Virus record (IMG/VR): IMGVR_UViG_3300031788_000007
Location: 1-64,000 of that record
Strand: one strand, 5' to 3'
Length of the DNA: 64,000 nt
Source of the DNA: a virus
Below the pieces are notes generated by a model. That model was given only the letters and a program-made list of their open reading frames with translations. It ran no database searches and was not told the DNA's origin. Made by a program: the position numbers and the translations under genes. How positions within the stretch are numbered: the first letter of the stretch is position 1; the number at the start of each line of letters is the position of its first letter. Of this stretch, positions 11,195 to 20,597 are shown one piece after another.

Positions 11195-11288
11195 AAGCCC
11201 ACCTTGGAAATTTATGGCGTGAGAGGGCAGACGAAATACTCTGTCTCGGGAAGTACCGTCGATCCCTGATGGCGTTGAAAGTTACGCT

Positions 11289-11939
11289 ATGGGAACTTCA
11301 AAGCCTGTTCGTGGAGAGGTAGCCTTGAAACTCTATTTCTTCGGGTCAGAGATGGTTTCGCAATCGGCGTATCTTGAGATCGAAATTCTCTACCCGCAAG
11401 AGTTAGAATACCTTCGGAACATTGAAGCGCACATGCTTGCGGTCATCAACGAGTTTGGGATACCGGGGTTGGCCGCTCCACAGATCGGGTTTCCGATTCA
11501 GATGGTAGTGGTGAGGTTATCGGGAGGGAAGCGGTTGACGCTTTTGAATCCTCATATCGAGAGGATGTACGGAGCGGAGACAGAATATCCCGAAGGCTGC
11601 ATAAGTTGCCCTCCAGGCGGAAACCGATGCCCTACGGCGAGGATGCAATTCATCAACGTAATAGGGAGTTCGATCGAAGAGCCGGCAGTTGTGAAAGACT
11701 GGCATTTCTCCAGCAGGGATGCGAGGGTGGTGCAGCATGAAGTAGATCACTTGGCGGGGACATTCTTTGTAGACAGAGCGAGTGTGGTGGAGAAGTCGAA
11801 GGTGTTGGATCAGTTCCACCAGTGGAAGCACACATTCAAACAGAATGGGAGTCCAAATTTTGGACTCACACGAGGAGGACACAATGGCAGAGCAACCACC
11901 AGTACCCAGGCGCAGCATTCCCGAACAGTCACCGCTTGA
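11289..11939 (+). CDS. def: peptide deformylase (copy 1, divergent)
   Basis: GLAAPQIG, EGCIS and QHEVDHLAG motifs. Confidence 0.9.
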   Translation: MGTSKPVRGEVALKLYFFGSEMVSQSAYLEIEILYPQELEYLRNIEAHMLAVINEFGIPGLAAPQIGFPIQMVVVRLSGGKRLTLLNPHIERMYGAETEYPEGCISCPPGGNRCPTARMQFINVIGSSIEEPAVVKDWHFSSRDARVVQHEVDHLAGTFFVDRASVVEKSKVLDQFHQWKHTFKQNGSPNFGLTRGGHNGRATTSTQAQHSRTVTA

Positions 11940-13287
11940 GGGTGGAACAGTCATTTGCGGCGGCTGTGGTAAGGCAATGACCATGACGGTCAAGATGGGG
12001 CGCCGTGGCGTCGACTCATTGCGCTACGAGTGTTTCAACGAAGAGCGCGGGTGCTCCTACGGCTTTGACCGGAAGGTGTACGTGAGCAACACGGAGATGA
12101 AGGGGATACGGAAGGACGGGACCGAAGTCAAGGTTCCCGAAGCGAGGGTGTGATGGGTACATGCTCTGCCTGCGGAACACGAATCGAACTTGGGTCTTCG
12201 ATAACCAAAGGGTGCAAAGAGTGCTTCTTTGGATATTTGAAGCTGCGAGAGGCTGCTAAGGAGTCTGGGGGGAAGGTATACCCGTTGGCGCCTTGGGTTG
12301 GGAAAGTGAAAGATAAGTGGGAAAGTTTTTTGTCGAGGTGGAGTTAAATGAACCAGACGTGGATGAAGGGGACAGTTATCGAGTATCACGGAGAAAAGTT
12401 CGTGGCGGCCGATGACGAGATCCTTGGATTGCTTGAAGAGGCAACGATCTTTGAGAGAGGGGGATCGGCGAGTCTCCACGAGGCATTCAGGGTGGCAATA
12501 GGGTGCGGGAGACTAATTCCTCACTTTTTGACAGAGAGGGTATGATTATGGGTACGAACATCGGACCTGACATTAAGTACAAGTGCAACAACGATTGCAG
12601 CCAGATGGGTTGCCCTGGACACACTATGCGAATGGACGACAGCCGCTCAAGTGATGTGATTTCATTTGTGATGGACGGAGACCCTCTCATCTATCTCGAT
12701 GAAAACCAGTGGAAGGCCATGCAGGACGCCGAGAAAGAACATGCCAAGAAATACAACTGGAATCTCGACATTCTAAAAAGTTCGCTAGTGGAGGGGATAT
12801 GAACCAGATACTCAGCGGCCTAGCCGGGGCGGTGATCCTCGCAGCGGCCTACGCAACCTTTGTGTTGGCTCGAAGGATCGGCGCTGGCGCCAAGCAATTG
12901 ACGGCGGCCTTGAACGGGATACCAAAGTTGGTGAAGTCTCAGCAAGAGGTCGCCGTGGCCTTGCATCGCTTCTCGGGGGAGTTGGAGTTCCTTCGGACAG
13001 CCATGATCGGAGGGACGCCAGAGGCAGAGCCAGGGGAAGCAGCCAACCCTACAGCGCAGCCGAGGCCGAGGGGTGGACCGATTCCATCATTCCCTCAGTG
13101 GCAGCCTTTCGTAGCGTCTCCGGCTGATGTTCCTGATGCGGCGGTGGAGGATACCGAAGTGATCGACACCTCCGACGAAGATTTTGTCCAGCAAGAGCAG
13201 ATCGAGGAAATCCGCGGCCAAGGGTTCGCGGCTGGACCCGAGGCTGACCCGATGGAAAATCCGCCGGGGGTAACAGCAAACGTATGA
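11884..13287 (+). CDS. small hypothetical genes (11884-12153 Zn-ribbon, 12150-12347, 12348-12545, ~12542-12802, 12799-13287 TM plus acidic tail)
   Basis: Translationally coupled ORF chain. Confidence 0.6.
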
Positions 13288-13889
13288 GCCCAGCCATTTC
13301 AAGACGGCCGGCAGCGAGAGACGCCCGTCACCTCATGCGCTACATTAAGGCGAAGGGTGGGATGGCACCTGCGGCCATTGCTAAGTCGGAAAAAGTGTCT
13401 CTTTCGACGGTAGTGGAATCGATCAAGTCGATCGAGGTGTACGAACAGCAGAACACTGAGGGACAGTTGCAGTTGGCTGTGCGGGATCTGGTAATCTCGA
13501 CCATCCCGCAGGCGAAAGAGACCCTGCACGGCTTGCTGACCGCTACGGAAGTGGTGATGAAAAAGAACCTCAAGACCGGCAAGGATGAGTATGTGACGGT
13601 CGACGACAAGACGACGCGGCTTGAGGGAACCCGTCTTGTGCGGGATTTGGTGATAGGGATGCAGCCGAAGGGGCCGGGGGTAGCTGTCCAAGTGAACAAT
13701 AACAATCAACCAACAGTGAACCTTGGAACAACTGAAACTACGGAAGAGAGGATGAAACGCCTTCGTGCTCAAGCTCAGGCTTTCAACTTGCTTCCCCCAC
13801 AAGTGACGGCAGTTCCTCAGCATATAGATGAGGGTGAGGATTCTCCCGACGACGAACACGATGAGGATGACGACGAAGAGGGCGAGTAA
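13284..13889 (+). CDS. terS: probable terminase small subunit
   Basis: Immediately upstream of TerL; N-terminal HTH-like segment, VAVQVNNN strand, acidic tail. Confidence 0.6.
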   Translation: MSPAISRRPAARDARHLMRYIKAKGGMAPAAIAKSEKVSLSTVVESIKSIEVYEQQNTEGQLQLAVRDLVISTIPQAKETLHGLLTATEVVMKKNLKTGKDEYVTVDDKTTRLEGTRLVRDLVIGMQPKGPGVAVQVNNNNQPTVNLGTTETTEERMKRLRAQAQAFNLLPPQVTAVPQHIDEGEDSPDDEHDEDDDEEGE

Positions 13890-16052
13890 ATGGGAATCCG
13901 TCGCGCAAATCCTCACTTAGAAGAAATTATTGAGGTGTTGGACCTCCATCTCCAAAAGTACAGTGGCGATCAAGCGAAGGCCCGCGAGTATCTTTCTAAA
14001 GATGACAATGCTTGGATAGATGCAGAGATACTCCACTGCATGACTGAGCGACGTTACTTCCTATCCAACTACTATGCCATCAAAACTGAGGACCGCGGCT
14101 TCACCGGGTTGTACCCGTTTTGGGATTCGCAGGAGATTCTGCATGACGAATTCCGCCGGCTGGAGAAGCAGTTTGGACGCGTAAAAGCAATCGTCAACAA
14201 GGCTCGACAGATGGGGGGCAGCACGTATGTCTCAGGGGAAGTCTTCGCGGCAACAATCTTCAGTGAGCATGTAAACTCCATCGTCGTAGCTCAGGACGCC
14301 GATGTGACCCGGTACATCCTCGATATGTACGCAGCGGCTCTTGACTTTTTACCGTGGTGGATGCGTCCCCGAATTCGCTATCAAGAGGCCGGAAAATTCA
14401 TCGACTTTGATGAGAAAGACGAAACCCTGCGAATCACTCGCCCAGGACTGAAGACGCGCATCTACGGAGACAACGGGAACAAGCCGACCGGAGTGGGGAG
14501 GTCTAAAACTTTCGCAAGAGCCCACCTCGACGAGTTGCCGTTCTGGACCGATCCAAGCCAACTTACTAAAGCACTATTCCCAACCTTCAACTCCCCCGAC
14601 GGCTTCTATGTAATGATTTCAACCCCTAAGGGGCGTAATAATCCTTGGCACAATATGTGGCGTAAAGCGGAAGCTGGAGACATTGACTGGAACCCGGTCT
14701 ATATTCCGTTTTACAGGCGCGAAAAGACGTACTCTCTGCCGATTCCCAAAGGCGAAGTCTTTACGTTGACGAAGGACGAGGAAGAGATAAAATACCTCGT
14801 TCTCAAAAAAGACGGCTTCGCGATGAAGAACGAAGTCTTCAACTGGCGCCGGAAGAGGATTCAGGAATTCATCGCTAACGATGGCGACGACAAAATGTTC
14901 AATCAGGAATACAGCCTTACCGCAGAGGAGTCTTTCCAGACCTCCGCAGTCACCGCATATCCGTTGGGCATCATCAACAAGCTGATGAAACGAGTGCTGA
15001 ACCCGAAGTGGATTGGGGAGATCAGTTACGACTTCGACGCTGGCCGGCCGAAGGTGATGGTCCGCGAAGTGGAGCCGACTGCCGACTTGGAGTATCCAAA
15101 GCACCACAACCGCTTCAGTGTATGGAAGCGTGAGCGGCCAGGCGCGGTCTATGTCGTAGGGGTGGACGTGAGCCTTGGAAACGACGGCGGCGACTTCTCA
15201 TCAGTCACGGTAATCGACATATCTCTAGACCTGCCGAAGGATGAAGTGGTGGCAGTGTGGCACGGCTATATTGATCCCGAGTCGCTGGCTGATGTAACTC
15301 TAGCAATTTGCTGGATGTACAACGAGGCTCTGGCGGCCGTGGAAGTAAATTCGATGGGCATGGTGACGAACAACAAGTTGGTCCGCCAGTACGAGTACGA
15401 GAACATCTATCGGTACAAGCACCTCGACAAACTGACTCATTGGATGACCGACATTATCGGCTTTTGGACGAATGACAAGACCAAGCGGGCCTTGATGTCG
15501 AAGATGTCGAAGACGCTGATTGATGACTTGCTCAACATTCCAGACAAATTCACCGTCGACGAGTTTTATGATTTCACTGAAGATGGAGCCGAGGGAGACG
15601 GGGCTAGGGACGACCTTATGATGAGTCTTCACATCGCTCTTTACTGCGGCCACGAGGCTGAGTACCGCGAGATGCGGGAGGGGACCAGCAAGCAGGAATC
15701 GACAAAGCAGCAGAATGAATTCAAAATCCTCGACCGATTCGGTACAATCATTCAGACGACGAACTCGCAGCATGAAGCGGAGCGAGTGTCGAAGAAGAAC
15801 ATCGGAAGCAGTATCGTGAGGACGGCGGGGGCGACCGCTACAGTCAACCTGAAGGGATTGGGGGAAAGGAAAGTACCTAGCGATTTTCAGAATAGCGAGT
15901 ACAGCCCTGTGTTTGACGGCAATGGGACGGCTTCGCGCATGTACGAGGACGGGATCGATCCGGAGCTGATAACTCCAGAGGCGATAGCCCAGTACGAGGC
16001 GGATCAGGCGGAACTGGACTCGGATGACGAGAATTCATGGCTTTATCAGTGA
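13890..16052 (+). CDS. terL: terminase large subunit
   Basis: KARQMGGST Walker A, HLDE Walker B, ISTP coupling motif, YVVGVDVSLG..GD/VEVNS/DD RNase-H nuclease; ~130-aa C-terminal extension. Confidence 0.95.
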   Translation: MGIRRANPHLEEIIEVLDLHLQKYSGDQAKAREYLSKDDNAWIDAEILHCMTERRYFLSNYYAIKTEDRGFTGLYPFWDSQEILHDEFRRLEKQFGRVKAIVNKARQMGGSTYVSGEVFAATIFSEHVNSIVVAQDADVTRYILDMYAAALDFLPWWMRPRIRYQEAGKFIDFDEKDETLRITRPGLKTRIYGDNGNKPTGVGRSKTFARAHLDELPFWTDPSQLTKALFPTFNSPDGFYVMISTPKGRNNPWHNMWRKAEAGDIDWNPVYIPFYRREKTYSLPIPKGEVFTLTKDEEEIKYLVLKKDGFAMKNEVFNWRRKRIQEFIANDGDDKMFNQEYSLTAEESFQTSAVTAYPLGIINKLMKRVLNPKWIGEISYDFDAGRPKVMVREVEPTADLEYPKHHNRFSVWKRERPGAVYVVGVDVSLGNDGGDFSSVTVIDISLDLPKDEVVAVWHGYIDPESLADVTLAICWMYNEALAAVEVNSMGMVTNNKLVRQYEYENIYRYKHLDKLTHWMTDIIGFWTNDKTKRALMSKMSKTLIDDLLNIPDKFTVDEFYDFTEDGAEGDGARDDLMMSLHIALYCGHEAEYREMREGTSKQESTKQQNEFKILDRFGTIIQTTNSQHEAERVSKKNIGSSIVRTAGATATVNLKGLGERKVPSDFQNSEYSPVFDGNGTASRMYEDGIDPELITPEAIAQYEADQAELDSDDENSWLYQ

Positions 16053-16066
16053 AAAAGGAGGAAACA

Positions 16067-16273
16067 ATGGAAAATCAAATGAAGGTCTGTTTTATCACGC
16101 TGGATCAGTACAACAGGATTTGGGCGAAGTTACAGCCACAGGAGAGGTTCGTTGTGGAGATGCCAACACTGGGCCTGATGCACAGAAAGGCAAACGCGCT
16201 TCTCATTGTCGGGAAGCAGGAAGATTTCATTGCAGACGTGAAGACGGTCATTCGACCAGATTGGTTGGCGTAA
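16067..16273 (+). CDS. hypothetical protein
   Basis: AAGGAGGA SD before ATG 16067. Confidence 0.65.
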   Translation: MENQMKVCFITLDQYNRIWAKLQPQERFVVEMPTLGLMHRKANALLIVGKQEDFIADVKTVIRPDWLA

Positions 16274-16275
16274 AC

Positions 16276-16596
16276 ATGGACGTATCAAGAAGGAAGTTCT
16301 TCGGAGTAGGAGCAACAGTAATGGCGGCAGCAGCTATCCCGGCAGTAGCAGCCGAGAAGCCTGCGGACGAGGCCGTAGGGCCGATGATGTTTGAACATAC
16401 CTGCGACAGAGGAGCATCGCGACTGACGCCTGAAGAGGTGACGGAGATTCAGAAGGAGGCTCCGTGGATGTATCGAGGCTGCGGAACACGCTTTCGGTGG
16501 TGGTTTGGAATGCCGGTGATCTGCCCGAACTGCGGCTGGCACTATGTGTTCACAATCGAAGATGTGAAGACCAACTTTTACAAGCGGGTTCAGTAG
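16276..16596 (+). CDS. Tat-signal-bearing Cys-rich small protein
   Basis: MDVSRRKFF, hydrophobic core and AVAA site; C...C...CPNC. Confidence 0.75.
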   Translation: MDVSRRKFFGVGATVMAAAAIPAVAAEKPADEAVGPMMFEHTCDRGASRLTPEEVTEIQKEAPWMYRGCGTRFRWWFGMPVICPNCGWHYVFTIEDVKTNFYKRVQ

Positions 16597-16623
16597 TCCA
16601 AATTTTGGAGCCGAGGAGGGGTT

Positions 16624-16929
16624 ATGGAATGGGTGAAGCGTAGAGTATTCCAGTTTCAAAAAAAAGACCCGTGCCACACGGAGATTGAGCATGTATGTTT
16701 CTTCAGGCTCCGCAGCGACGGGACGATGTGGTATCAGGTGTCGCGGCTCTCAATGGCCGAAATGATTCATCGGCTTCCCGGCGGGTGGCTACATGATAAG
16801 TGGAAGCGGTTCTTGGCAGAGGAAACAAAAGTTCCGAAGGTAACAGTCGAAGAGTTCGATAGAGAGTTCGAGGCTTGCATGAACCGTATGCGCGGCGTCG
16901 AGGTCGAGTTGATGTTCAAAAACACGTAG
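16624..16929 (+). CDS. hypothetical protein flanked by two palindromes
   Basis: GAGGAGG SD; palindromes at 16595 and 16928. Confidence 0.7.
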   Translation: MEWVKRRVFQFQKKDPCHTEIEHVCFFRLRSDGTMWYQVSRLSMAEMIHRLPGGWLHDKWKRFLAEETKVPKVTVEEFDREFEACMNRMRGVEVELMFKNT

Positions 16930-16959
16930 TCCAAATTTTGGAGTAAGGGGAGGAGAAAG

Positions 16960-17589
16960 ATGCCAGCATTCAAGACGGAATTTAGCTGTCCGAAGTGCAA
17001 GCGTGAAACGGGGCAGTCGAACCAGATTTCAGCCGCCGAGGGAAGGTTGACGTGCCCGGCCAACTCGAATCATCGGTGGGACGACACCGCGGCCTTCTAC
17101 GCAGACGGGCCTCAAATGGAGTTCAAGGTAGGGCCGGCCAAGTTCCCACCTGTTGAGGGGCAGACGCCGATCACCCTGAAGATACCCTTGCGGATCAAGA
17201 CCGATCTATCCGCTCAGTGGGGGAGTGACGAGGCAGTTTCGGCCAGGGTAGCCGACATCCTTTTACAGATGGCCGAGGGCGAAGTGATGATCCTTGGGAT
17301 GACAGACAAAGGGCGTCTGTTTGACCGCCTTGGACAGAAGTTCTCAAATTCCAGTGAACTTGTTGGCATAGTCTATGCGAAGATGTGTGAAGTAGACGAA
17401 GCCAAGGGTGAGCGGGACGCAGCCGTAGAAGACCTAAAGGCTTACGAGTCGAGGTCGCCGGGGAGGGTTATCGTGGATTTGGGAGACCAGTTCGCAACCG
17501 CTCAGGCGAAGGCTAAGGATGCGGAGACCCCACTCAAGCTCTGGATCGAAGAGCGGACACGGATGGCACTTCAAGAGAACTGGTTTTGA
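16960..17589 (+). CDS. zinc-ribbon plus RHH-like/coiled-coil protein
   Basis: CPKC...CPANSNHRW; ITLKIPLRIK RHH-like strand. Confidence 0.6.
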   Translation: MPAFKTEFSCPKCKRETGQSNQISAAEGRLTCPANSNHRWDDTAAFYADGPQMEFKVGPAKFPPVEGQTPITLKIPLRIKTDLSAQWGSDEAVSARVADILLQMAEGEVMILGMTDKGRLFDRLGQKFSNSSELVGIVYAKMCEVDEAKGERDAAVEDLKAYESRSPGRVIVDLGDQFATAQAKAKDAETPLKLWIEERTRMALQENWF

Positions 17590-17600
17590 TAGGAACTCCA

Positions 17601-19436
17601 ATGACGCTGGACGATTTTCCCGAGATAAGGCAGAAGCCGAGCGAGGAAGATAAGCGGACCTCCTCACGAGCCGAGTATTACATCCAACTCAACAACTGGT
17701 GCGATTCGGTTGTAGAGGAGGGGATAGCACTCCAGCAGGACGTTCCTGAACTCAAGGACATCTCTAACGCCCTCGACTATCTGGTAGGGATGCAGTGGAA
17801 GGATGCAATGCCTTCCTACCGGGCGAAGCCGGTCTCGAACGAGTTCTTATCGATGTTCTGGGAGACGGTTGGGCTCATCACGGACATCCGGCCCACCTCG
17901 CACATCGTCGACATCTCCAACGACGGCAAGTATTCCGAGATTCAGAAAATCCTCAACAACTTGAATAAGGGCTGGGTATCGACCTCCGGGTACGAGCGCC
18001 GGATGGCGTTCTGCATCATGTGGGCGATGTTCACTTCGGCGCCGGCCATGCTGTACTATAACCCGTTCGCCAGGGGAGACAGCGGCGATCCCGAAGACGG
18101 CGACTTGACCCTTGAGGCTCTGCCGCCAAGCTCGATTCTGCGGTTGGGGATGGGTGAAGACCTTCAGGAAGACGAGTGCGTAGTCTATCGCAAGATGCGG
18201 ACGCTAGCGTGGATCAAGCGGGCCTACCCGACGATGGGCAAGTATGTTCAGGCCGAGGAGACCAAGAGCCGGTACACGGTCGACGTACAGAGTCCGATGG
18301 GCGTATCGCCGCAGTTGTACCCACCGCTATCGCCGGGCATGAAGCGGCTTTTAGGGGCAGGTGACAAACAATCCTACGAGAGCAACTTCCCCCAGGCCGA
18401 AGTGCAGCAGTTTCACCGGAAAGACGACTCGATCAATGAGGGTCGAGACAAGATTTGGATGGGTCCAAAGGGCGCACCTTGGGGATACTGGGTCGAGCCG
18501 GGGAAGAAGTTGTACCCCAGAGGCCGCTTATTCATCCGGGCCAACCGGGTCACCCTGTACGACCAGCCAAACCCCTACTTCCATCGGAAGAAGCCGTTCG
18601 CCTCTCTTGGGTTGTACGGAGTGCCGTGGCAGCAGTACGCGATGAGCGTAGTGAAGCCTTGGATGAGCCAGCAGGACATCTTGAATCAGATGATGGCTGG
18701 GATGCTCCAGACGGTAAAGAAGGCGATCAACCCTGCCTTGATGGCGGCCAAGTCAGCTATCAATCCAGCCGCGATGAAGGCGATCGACAGTTCCAAGCCG
18801 GGGTTGAAGATCACCTACAGCCAGAACGCGCCACATCCCCCAACGTGGCAGACGCCTCCAGTTCTGCCAACCTACGTCCTGCAAATCTACACGCAGATTC
18901 TCCAATCGATGAAGCAGAGTTCTGGAGCCGCGGCAATCGGGGATGCGCTCGGGAAGAAGCAGGTTCCTTCAGGAGACTCTCTCGACAAGATTCAGATGGC
19001 GAAGAACACCCCGATCCGGGTCATGGGCCGCAGCGTGGAATGGTTTGCCGACGACATTGGTCAACAGTGGTGCGCTGACGCCTTGCAGTTCTACAGCGCC
19101 GAGCGCCGGATGGAGTTGCTGGGCATGGCCGGTCTCACGAAGGAAGACATGGACGACAGGCCAGGTTCGCTCATCCCTGATGGAATCCAGTCAGAGGCAT
19201 TCGTAAGGCGCTACCACTATCGCACGGAGCGCGGAACCCTACTCCACGTCGAGCAGCAGGAGCGTGTTCCGATTGCGTTCGCTCTACGCAAGGGACGCGA
19301 CCTATCTCGGAAGCAGGTATTCAAGATCCTCAAGTGGAATATCGACCAACAGGCCAACGATGAAGAGTTGAAGGCTGAGGCCGCGGCAATGGCTCAGGCC
19401 CAAGCCGGCGCACCACCGAAAGCGGGGCATAAGTGA
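17601..19436 (+). CDS. portal protein
   Basis: ~610 aa between TerL and scaffold; NPYFHRKKPF...SVVKPWMSQQDILNQ pattern of podovirus-type portals. Confidence 0.85.
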   Translation: MTLDDFPEIRQKPSEEDKRTSSRAEYYIQLNNWCDSVVEEGIALQQDVPELKDISNALDYLVGMQWKDAMPSYRAKPVSNEFLSMFWETVGLITDIRPTSHIVDISNDGKYSEIQKILNNLNKGWVSTSGYERRMAFCIMWAMFTSAPAMLYYNPFARGDSGDPEDGDLTLEALPPSSILRLGMGEDLQEDECVVYRKMRTLAWIKRAYPTMGKYVQAEETKSRYTVDVQSPMGVSPQLYPPLSPGMKRLLGAGDKQSYESNFPQAEVQQFHRKDDSINEGRDKIWMGPKGAPWGYWVEPGKKLYPRGRLFIRANRVTLYDQPNPYFHRKKPFASLGLYGVPWQQYAMSVVKPWMSQQDILNQMMAGMLQTVKKAINPALMAAKSAINPAAMKAIDSSKPGLKITYSQNAPHPPTWQTPPVLPTYVLQIYTQILQSMKQSSGAAAIGDALGKKQVPSGDSLDKIQMAKNTPIRVMGRSVEWFADDIGQQWCADALQFYSAERRMELLGMAGLTKEDMDDRPGSLIPDGIQSEAFVRRYHYRTERGTLLHVEQQERVPIAFALRKGRDLSRKQVFKILKWNIDQQANDEELKAEAAAMAQAQAGAPPKAGHK

Positions 19437-19606
19437 TGGCCGATTCAGAAATGAGCAAAAAGATAGCCGAGCAGGACATCCCGAGAATCCTTGCCGCGAT
19501 TAAGAATGGGGTTGATTCCAAACAGTATTGGACATTGACGATCAAAGGCACTGACAACGGCGGGATCATCGACATTCGGCTAGTGAAAGAGCAGAGCTTC
19601 AAGTAG
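19436..19606 (+). CDS. small protein (56 aa, DUF2292-like)
   Basis: Translated by hand: MADSEMSKKIAEQDIPRILAAIKNGVDSKQYWTLTIKGTDNGGIIDIRLVKEQSFK; coupled to portal stop. Confidence 0.65.
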   Translation: MADSEMSKKIAEQDIPRILAAIKNGVDSKQYWTLTIKGTDNGGIIDIRLVKEQSFK

Positions 19607-19634
19607 TAATTTTGCAGGCGTGTTAAGAAATCGC

Positions 19635-19663
19635 TTGACGAAGCACGGACTGCGGATAATGAT
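19635..19663 (+). promoter_or_regulatory. sigma70-like promoter for head operon
   Basis: TTGACG-17 nt-AATGAT. Confidence 0.45.
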
Positions 19664-19670
19664 TCTCACA

Positions 19671-19856
19671 GGGCAAGAGTAGCGGTTACCGAGAAATCGG
19701 AGAGGCCGCAGCAGCCGCGCAAGGGAGAAATCCTGAGTGCGGCTTTTCTTTTGTCCGAGAGGCCCCAAATCTTTCCTGGGGGCAACCTCAGCGGTGGAGG
19801 CCGCCGGCCGAGCGATCGGTCGCAATAAAAAACCCAGGGGGCAACCCCGGAAAGGA
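19671..19856 (+). ncRNA. candidate structured RNA / leader with GNRA-capped hairpins
   Basis: Closing stem 19671-79/19748-56 enclosing twin GA-GAAA-TC hairpins; further GCAA and GCGA tetraloop stems. Confidence 0.65.
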
Positions 19857-19863
19857 CTACACC

Positions 19864-19914
19864 ATGGCACGCAAAAAGGGCCGCAAGGGTGGACGGAAGC
19901 ACGGCCGCAAGTAG
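19864..19914 (+). CDS. 16-aa protamine-like peptide MARKKGRKGGRKHGRK
   Basis: AAAGGA SD, ATG...TAG, 9/16 residues K/R. Confidence 0.7.
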   Translation: MARKKGRKGGRKHGRK

Positions 19915-19984
19915 TTCGCGGCAGTCAGCAGTAAACGGGGGGCGTTAACAGCGCCCCTCCATCACACCTCAAGGGGAGCATCCA

Positions 19985-20512
19985 ATGAAGAAGTCAGGCA
20001 TGGCCGAGAACATCGAGCAGGGCCACTACCTTGCTACCCCAAGCCCAAAATTGGGCAAGGGAACCTTCGATCAGGTGGGGACTTTCATAGACGAAGGCGA
20101 AATGACAACCACCACGCCAAAGGGCACGAGCGTCAACGTGAAGACCGGCAAGCTCCAGAACAACGAGAACGGATTCTAGTCCATGCCTCCAATGACACAG
20201 CCGCCGATGGCGCCGGATGTTCAAGCCCAGATGGGTGCTGGACCGCAGTTTGGGGCGGGCGTTGGTCAGGCGCAGCAGCAGATGGGGAAGAATCCGATTG
20301 AGCTTGCCGTGGGCACCGTGGAGAAAATCCTCAACGGGATTCAGGATGAAGCGATGCGCCCCTTCATTCAGAAGGCACTCGCCACCCTCAAGGTAGGTTT
20401 GGCGCAAGCACAGCAAAAACAACCACAGTCGGCCGGTATGGGGGCACCGCCTCCAGGTGGAGGCCCACCTCAGATACCGACGCCACCGACTCCGGGGCAG
20501 ATGCCGGGGTAG
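19985..20512 (+). CDS. two small head-module proteins (19985-20179, 20183-20512 Pro/Gln/Gly-rich)
   Basis: Adjacent ORFs between portal and scaffold; GGGGAG SD before the first. Confidence 0.7.
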
Positions 20513-20597
20513 GCAACGATAACAGGTAAGCAGTCGGAAACGGCGATCTTATCCCGAGCTTCGCGGAACCCGAAAGGGAAGCGAGGAAGGAAGTTAG

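Noticed and set aside
20043-20056. GCCCAAAATTGGGC (also CCGAACTTCGG ~21511 and CCAAATTTGG ~53056) as extra palindrome copies
   Set aside because: Different flanks or central spacing; could be weak sites but not counted
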